Virus record (IMG/VR): IMGVR_UViG_3300042922_000725
Location: 1-64,000 of that record
Length of the DNA: 64,000 nt
Origin: a virus
Reading direction: 5' to 3' (one strand)
Below, piece after piece: positions 59,576 to 64,000 of this stretch. The position numbers and the translations under genes are program-made. Every line of letters starts with the position of its first letter. Positions within the stretch are counted from its first letter, which is position 1. Below the pieces are notes generated by a model. The model saw only the letters and a program-made list of their open reading frames with translations. It did no database searches and had not been told where the DNA came from.

Positions 59576-61966
59576 ATGTTAGTAGAACAATATGATATAA
59601 ATAAAAAATATCCTTTTATATTGATGTTAATGAGTGCAAGGGGAGTAGAATTAGCTGAAATTAAAGATGCTTTTAATAGGCATTTGGAAATAAAATCAGA
59701 AGATATAAGTACATTAAGTTTTGACATTCCTTATAACGTTGAAGATACAGAAACACATCTATTTGTAAAAAATGATTATTATGAATTATTACAAGTTGGA
59801 ATGATAATTAGATTGAACAACGATAGAAAATTTGTAATTGTGGATGCATGGGATAATGAAGGAGAGTCGGATATAAAAAATATAACCGCTTTATCCTTAG
59901 AAAATCAATATACCACAAGAAGAATAACTTTAGATAGTTTAACAAGAGAGTTATATTCTGATACAGAAGGTTCTCCAGAAGGAATATTAAATATAATAGA
60001 GAAAAACTTCCCTTTATTTAAAGTTGGATATGTAGACCCGGCTTGTAGATACGAAACTATAAATGGTGGTTCTGTAAAGAAATATAGGTTCTTTGATGTA
60101 TTTAGAAAGCCACTATATGAGTTTATTAGAACTGACTTACAACAAGCTTTTAATATTATAGTATACTATGATACAATTAATAGAGTATTTAATGTATATG
60201 ATAGAGATACTTTTGGAGAAGATACGGGAATATACATAAGCAAAGAAAATTATGCTAAATATGTTAAAAGACAAATTGTTGGAGATAATATAGTTACAAG
60301 ATTAAGCGTTTCTGGAAATAAAGTAACACCAAACGGAACTGAAAATATATTTATATCTGGAGTTAATTTATTGGGGGGAGACTATGTAGAGAATTTTGAC
60401 TTTTATAAAATTAATGGACAAATGGACGAAATTCTTATTAATGCATTAGATAGATATGATTTATTGTTAGCTGAGAAAAATATTGAGTATCAGAATTTAA
60501 AAACAATATTAACTGGATATAATGCAACTTTAGTAACTAGACAAGCAGAGTTAACCCAATTAGAAGAAGAGTTAGACGCTTTAATTTATACTCAAATGGG
60601 ATATGCACAAGCTGGAAATAACACACAATTACCAACAGCTACAGCAAATGTAAATAATAAAAAAAGCCAAATAAGCACTAAAAATGCTCAAATAACAAGC
60701 GTTCAAAGTCAAATTAATGGAGTTTTAAATCAGATAGAAGATATTGCTGAAGCTATACAAAGACAAAATGCGAGAGATATTGATACTAATGAATTAATAT
60801 TTACAGAAGATGACTTAATTGAACTTGAAAATTTTATACATGAAGAAGATTGGTCGAGTGATTATTTTGACAATGAACAATCTTTATATAATGGAGCTAT
60901 TGAGAAATTAGCTGATTGGAGTGAACCTCCTATTGAATTTGATATTAGTTTAGTTGATTTATTGAGTTGTGCAGAGTTGCAAGATGATTGGGAAAACATA
61001 TTAACAATTGGAAATTATATTACAGTACATATGAGTAATTTAAATCTAGATTATAATATGAAAATAGTTTCTTATAGTTATGAACCTGATTCAAATAATT
61101 TTAGTATGACGTTTAGTAATAAAAATAAAAAAATTGATAATATAAGAGATAGTAACGCTATTAATAATAATGCCGTAGAATCAGGAAAAAGTGTAAATAG
61201 AAAGAAATTAGAGTGGAATCAAGTAGTTGGATTAAAAACTGGATTTGATGATTATAAAAATAATGCTTTAGATATGGCTAAACAAAACGTAATAGCAAGT
61301 CAAGGAAGAAATAAGGTAGATATATCTGAAAATGGAGAGTTTATAACAGATACTGAAAATCCTAATTTACAATTAATTCTAACCGCTGGACAATTGCTTA
61401 TAACAGATGACGCATTAGAGACAGTTCGTACCGCGGTTAATTCCCAAGGAATTACAGCAGAAGAACTAATAGGAGAAATGATTCTTTCTAATAAATTATT
61501 TGTAAAAGACACTACAGGAACATTTTCTATCGTGAATAACTTATTGACAATTAAAGATGCTAGTAATAACATCAAAGTTAAAATTGGTATGTATGCTCCA
61601 GGACAATATGGAGTACAAGTATTTTCTAGTACAGGACAAAGTTTAATTAATGGAGATAGTATAGTTTCTGATGAGTTAAGAGGAGAAATCATTTATGTTG
61701 ATGGTGCATTAAGGTTAAAGAGACCTACATATCAACTTGGTGTAGGGGCAGCTAGAATAGAATTTTTAAATTCTAATGGAGATGTTTTAACCTTGCAAAA
61801 TGATGGATTAACTGGAATAAGATTTGATGGTGGGGGAGCTTTTACGGCGAATAATTTTTATGCAAATTATAACGTTACTTGTACAAATTTAATTGCAACT
61901 AATATAAATACTGCTTTAAGTAATATTTATGCAAGATTATCTGCGTTAGAGGCTGGAACTCCATAA
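59576..61966 (+). CDS. tail-associated baseplate hub (Tal / prophage endopeptidase-like)
   Basis: Follows Dit; LSFDIP, IVTRL.V.G, coiled coil, TA.N..GI.AE.L.G. Confidence 0.7.
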   Translation: MLVEQYDINKKYPFILMLMSARGVELAEIKDAFNRHLEIKSEDISTLSFDIPYNVEDTETHLFVKNDYYELLQVGMIIRLNNDRKFVIVDAWDNEGESDIKNITALSLENQYTTRRITLDSLTRELYSDTEGSPEGILNIIEKNFPLFKVGYVDPACRYETINGGSVKKYRFFDVFRKPLYEFIRTDLQQAFNIIVYYDTINRVFNVYDRDTFGEDTGIYISKENYAKYVKRQIVGDNIVTRLSVSGNKVTPNGTENIFISGVNLLGGDYVENFDFYKINGQMDEILINALDRYDLLLAEKNIEYQNLKTILTGYNATLVTRQAELTQLEEELDALIYTQMGYAQAGNNTQLPTATANVNNKKSQISTKNAQITSVQSQINGVLNQIEDIAEAIQRQNARDIDTNELIFTEDDLIELENFIHEEDWSSDYFDNEQSLYNGAIEKLADWSEPPIEFDISLVDLLSCAELQDDWENILTIGNYITVHMSNLNLDYNMKIVSYSYEPDSNNFSMTFSNKNKKIDNIRDSNAINNNAVESGKSVNRKKLEWNQVVGLKTGFDDYKNNALDMAKQNVIASQGRNKVDISENGEFITDTENPNLQLILTAGQLLITDDALETVRTAVNSQGITAEELIGEMILSNKLFVKDTTGTFSIVNNLLTIKDASNNIKVKIGMYAPGQYGVQVFSSTGQSLINGDSIVSDELRGEIIYVDGALRLKRPTYQLGVGAARIEFLNSNGDVLTLQNDGLTGIRFDGGGAFTANNFYANYNVTCTNLIATNINTALSNIYARLSALEAGTP

Positions 61967-62002
61967 TTTATAAAAATAATTAGAAAATATTTTAGAAGCA
62001 TA

Positions 62003-62031
62003 TTGCAATTTAGTAAGATTTATCATATAAT
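62003..62031 (+). promoter_or_regulatory. sigma-A promoter of the secreted-protein moron
   Basis: TTGCAA-17-TATAAT. Confidence 0.6.
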
Positions 62032-62098
62032 GTAAATAAGAACAAATCAAAATAAACAATTATAATATTATATGATAAATCAAAGGAGATTTAAAAAA

Positions 62099-63193
62099 AT
62101 GAAAAGAATTAAAAAATTAGCAATGTTGTTATCGGTTGTATTGTCCTTAAATATAAATACTTTTGTTGCAAAAGCAGATTCTACAAGTGTAAGTCAATTG
62201 GTGGAAAAAGCGGTTTCTCAGAAATCCTTCTATTACTATAATCAGGCTTATGCTCAAATTGTGGTTCTTGAGGATGGAAAAATAAAAGATGCTCTATTAA
62301 ATAGACTTTCTAGTGTTAGCAGTCAAATTTGGAATAATGATGTTAAACTTATCAATAGTGATTTAGATAGTCTTTCTAAAACGGGTAGTGCAAAACTATA
62401 TGACGAAGTTCAAATCAAGATCAATAATTCTAAACTTCCAGAAATTGATAAAGCTTATTTTTTGGCAGAAGTTAATTCGTGGGGTGTAAATCTTGTTTGG
62501 ACAGAAGATTATAAATCAGCCATGAAAGCTTTATTAGGGGCAGGAATACAAAGAACTTCCAAATCAGTTCAAAATGCAAAACAAGAAATTAACAAGGTAA
62601 AAAACATAGAAAATAGGGGGTATCTTATGGATACACTAAATAGTTACAATATAGTAGAAACTTCGACAATTGAAAATAATTCTAATCAAACTATAAGCTT
62701 AAATGAAACATATGATAAAAATAAAGTTGGAAATATTAAGGGGGTAATAAATTATCAAAATAAAAATGGTGAATTACTTCCAGATGTAGCAGCAAGTATT
62801 GCTTTTATTCCCATGACTTCTTTAAAATATATTGACGATAAAGATTATATAAACCAATTTTGCCAAAGTCTTGTTCCAACTACTAAGGTAGGAATTCAAA
62901 TTCTAGGAAAATATGGAATTTATTCAGATTACATCTTGAAAGATGAATATAATTTCAAAGATGTTCCTGCTGGTAAATATTATGTTGTAGTAAGATCATT
63001 TAATTCAACACAATCTCTTTGGAGTTGGGAACTTGATGAAAACGACATGGCTATTTTAGATGCAATATTCAATTCAAAGGATATTGGTAATATGAAACTA
63101 ATGTTACAACAATACAAATATGTTATAACTACAGTTGAAATAAAAGAAAATGAAACTACAACTTTCAATTATAATTTCATGTATGAAGAATAA
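62099..63193 (+). CDS. secreted / cell-surface protein (moron)
   Basis: Sec signal MKRIKKLAMLLSVVLSL...AKA|D; C-terminal beta-sandwich (FKDVPAGKYYV); own promoter and terminator. Confidence 0.7.
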   Translation: MKRIKKLAMLLSVVLSLNINTFVAKADSTSVSQLVEKAVSQKSFYYYNQAYAQIVVLEDGKIKDALLNRLSSVSSQIWNNDVKLINSDLDSLSKTGSAKLYDEVQIKINNSKLPEIDKAYFLAEVNSWGVNLVWTEDYKSAMKALLGAGIQRTSKSVQNAKQEINKVKNIENRGYLMDTLNSYNIVETSTIENNSNQTISLNETYDKNKVGNIKGVINYQNKNGELLPDVAASIAFIPMTSLKYIDDKDYINQFCQSLVPTTKVGIQILGKYGIYSDYILKDEYNFKDVPAGKYYVVVRSFNSTQSLWSWELDENDMAILDAIFNSKDIGNMKLMLQQYKYVITTVEIKENETTTFNYNFMYEE

Positions 63194-63198
63194 TCGAC

Positions 63199-63239
63199 TT
63201 ATTGAAGACTAGGTGATAAAATTACTTAGTCTTCAATAA
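63199..63239. terminator. terminator
   Basis: TTATTGAAGACTAGGTGAT-AAA-ATTACTTAGTCTTCAATAA. Confidence 0.7.
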
Positions 63240-63421
63240 TTTATAAAGTTTTATTAATTAAATATAAACAAAGTCTTTACAATTTCTTTTAAATGTGTTA
63301 AGCTAAATATAATGTAAATAAATAGTAATCTCTCTATTTATAACATACATTACATATTTCATATTTTAAAAATTCAATAGTTTTGTTATAATATAGATAT
63401 ATAAAAAGGAGAGATTGAAAG

Positions 63422-63853
63422 ATGGATAATAACAAGAAAGAAGAGCCAGATAAAGATTATATAGAAAAAGCTGTAAAAGATGCAATAGATAAAATACTTG
63501 TAAAAGAAACATATGATTATGAAGATAAGTTAGATAAAGTAATAAGAGAAACAAATAGTCTTAAAAAAGCAATGGAAAATTATTTTAAAAACGAGCCAAA
63601 AGAAGCTGTAAGTATTACTAAACAATATTTTACGAAATACAATTATCAAATAGAAAATAATTTAAAATATTTAATATCTCAAACACCTTATACTCAAACT
63701 GAAATAGCAGAGATGCTAGGAATATCTCCAAAAACGTTGAGTAATATGGTTGCAAACAGGTTTAATACATCTTTAGAAATAGGTTTAAAATTAAGCTTAT
63801 TATTTGGAGTTAGTGTTAATGAAATATTTAAACTTGTAAAACAAGAAAAATAG
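63422..63853 (+). CDS. XRE-family HTH regulator with N-terminal extension (paralog of 49024-49557)
   Basis: TQTEIAEMLGISPKTLS...TSLEIGLKLS..FGVSVNEIF. Confidence 0.85.
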   Translation: MDNNKKEEPDKDYIEKAVKDAIDKILVKETYDYEDKLDKVIRETNSLKKAMENYFKNEPKEAVSITKQYFTKYNYQIENNLKYLISQTPYTQTEIAEMLGISPKTLSNMVANRFNTSLEIGLKLSLLFGVSVNEIFKLVKQEK

Positions 63854-63960
63854 AAAAATATTACTTGTTATATATTGATAAGTAATATTTGCCATGTTAT
63901 ATTATTCTTACAAGACAAGAAAAAGTCTTGTGGAATAAGAACAATATGGGGGTTTTATAA

Positions 63961-64000
63961 ATGGAAGTTTTATTAAATAAGTTTTCAATTGACGACATAA
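63961..64000 (+). CDS. 3'-truncated ORF, probable partner of the XRE module
   Basis: GGGG RBS-like, MEVLLNKFSIDDI...; preceded by TTGATA-17-TATATT. Confidence 0.4.
   Translation, partial: MEVLLNKFSIDDI

Noticed and set aside
1981-63554. Many short ORFs in the track that overlap long genes on the opposite strand (e.g. 1981-2376, 28402-28854, 53289-53705, 61300-61692)
   Set aside because: Antisense shadows of real genes: no RBS, and Phe/Leu/Ser/Ile-rich composition expected from reverse-complemented AT-rich codons.

Overview
Very AT-rich window from a large Clostridium-type temperate siphovirus that looks like a phage-plasmid of the SPbeta / c-st style. The left end carries a plasmid maintenance module: tubZ-tubR with a divergent tubY (type III partition) and a Rep_3 initiator with a DnaA box and 21-bp iterons. 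Next come a YonO-like single-subunit RNA polymerase, a beta-CASP nuclease, small accessory genes (YonK, Hsp20, metallophosphoesterase, ClpP-like) and a region rich in structured non-coding RNA candidates. The virion module follows: terminase with a class 3 intein, portal, protease/scaffold, capsid, neck, tail tube, tape measure, Dit and Tal. About 15 kb sits between the tail tube and tape-measure genes. It holds a beta-helix tailspike next to a divergent O-acyltransferase/Wzy-like pair (candidate receptor-conversion cassette), the lysis genes, a Rha-RusA fusion, a DUF5659/AEP primase module and repeated XRE+partner modules. Best unexplained signals: the tailspike plus glycan-modification cassette, a co-oriented 17-bp intergenic motif seen about 20 times (candidate promoter of the phage RNAP), a family of hairpins with a conserved G.G mismatch, and two degenerate tRNA-like cloverleaves. 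All family calls come from motifs read by eye and from gene order; no searches were run.
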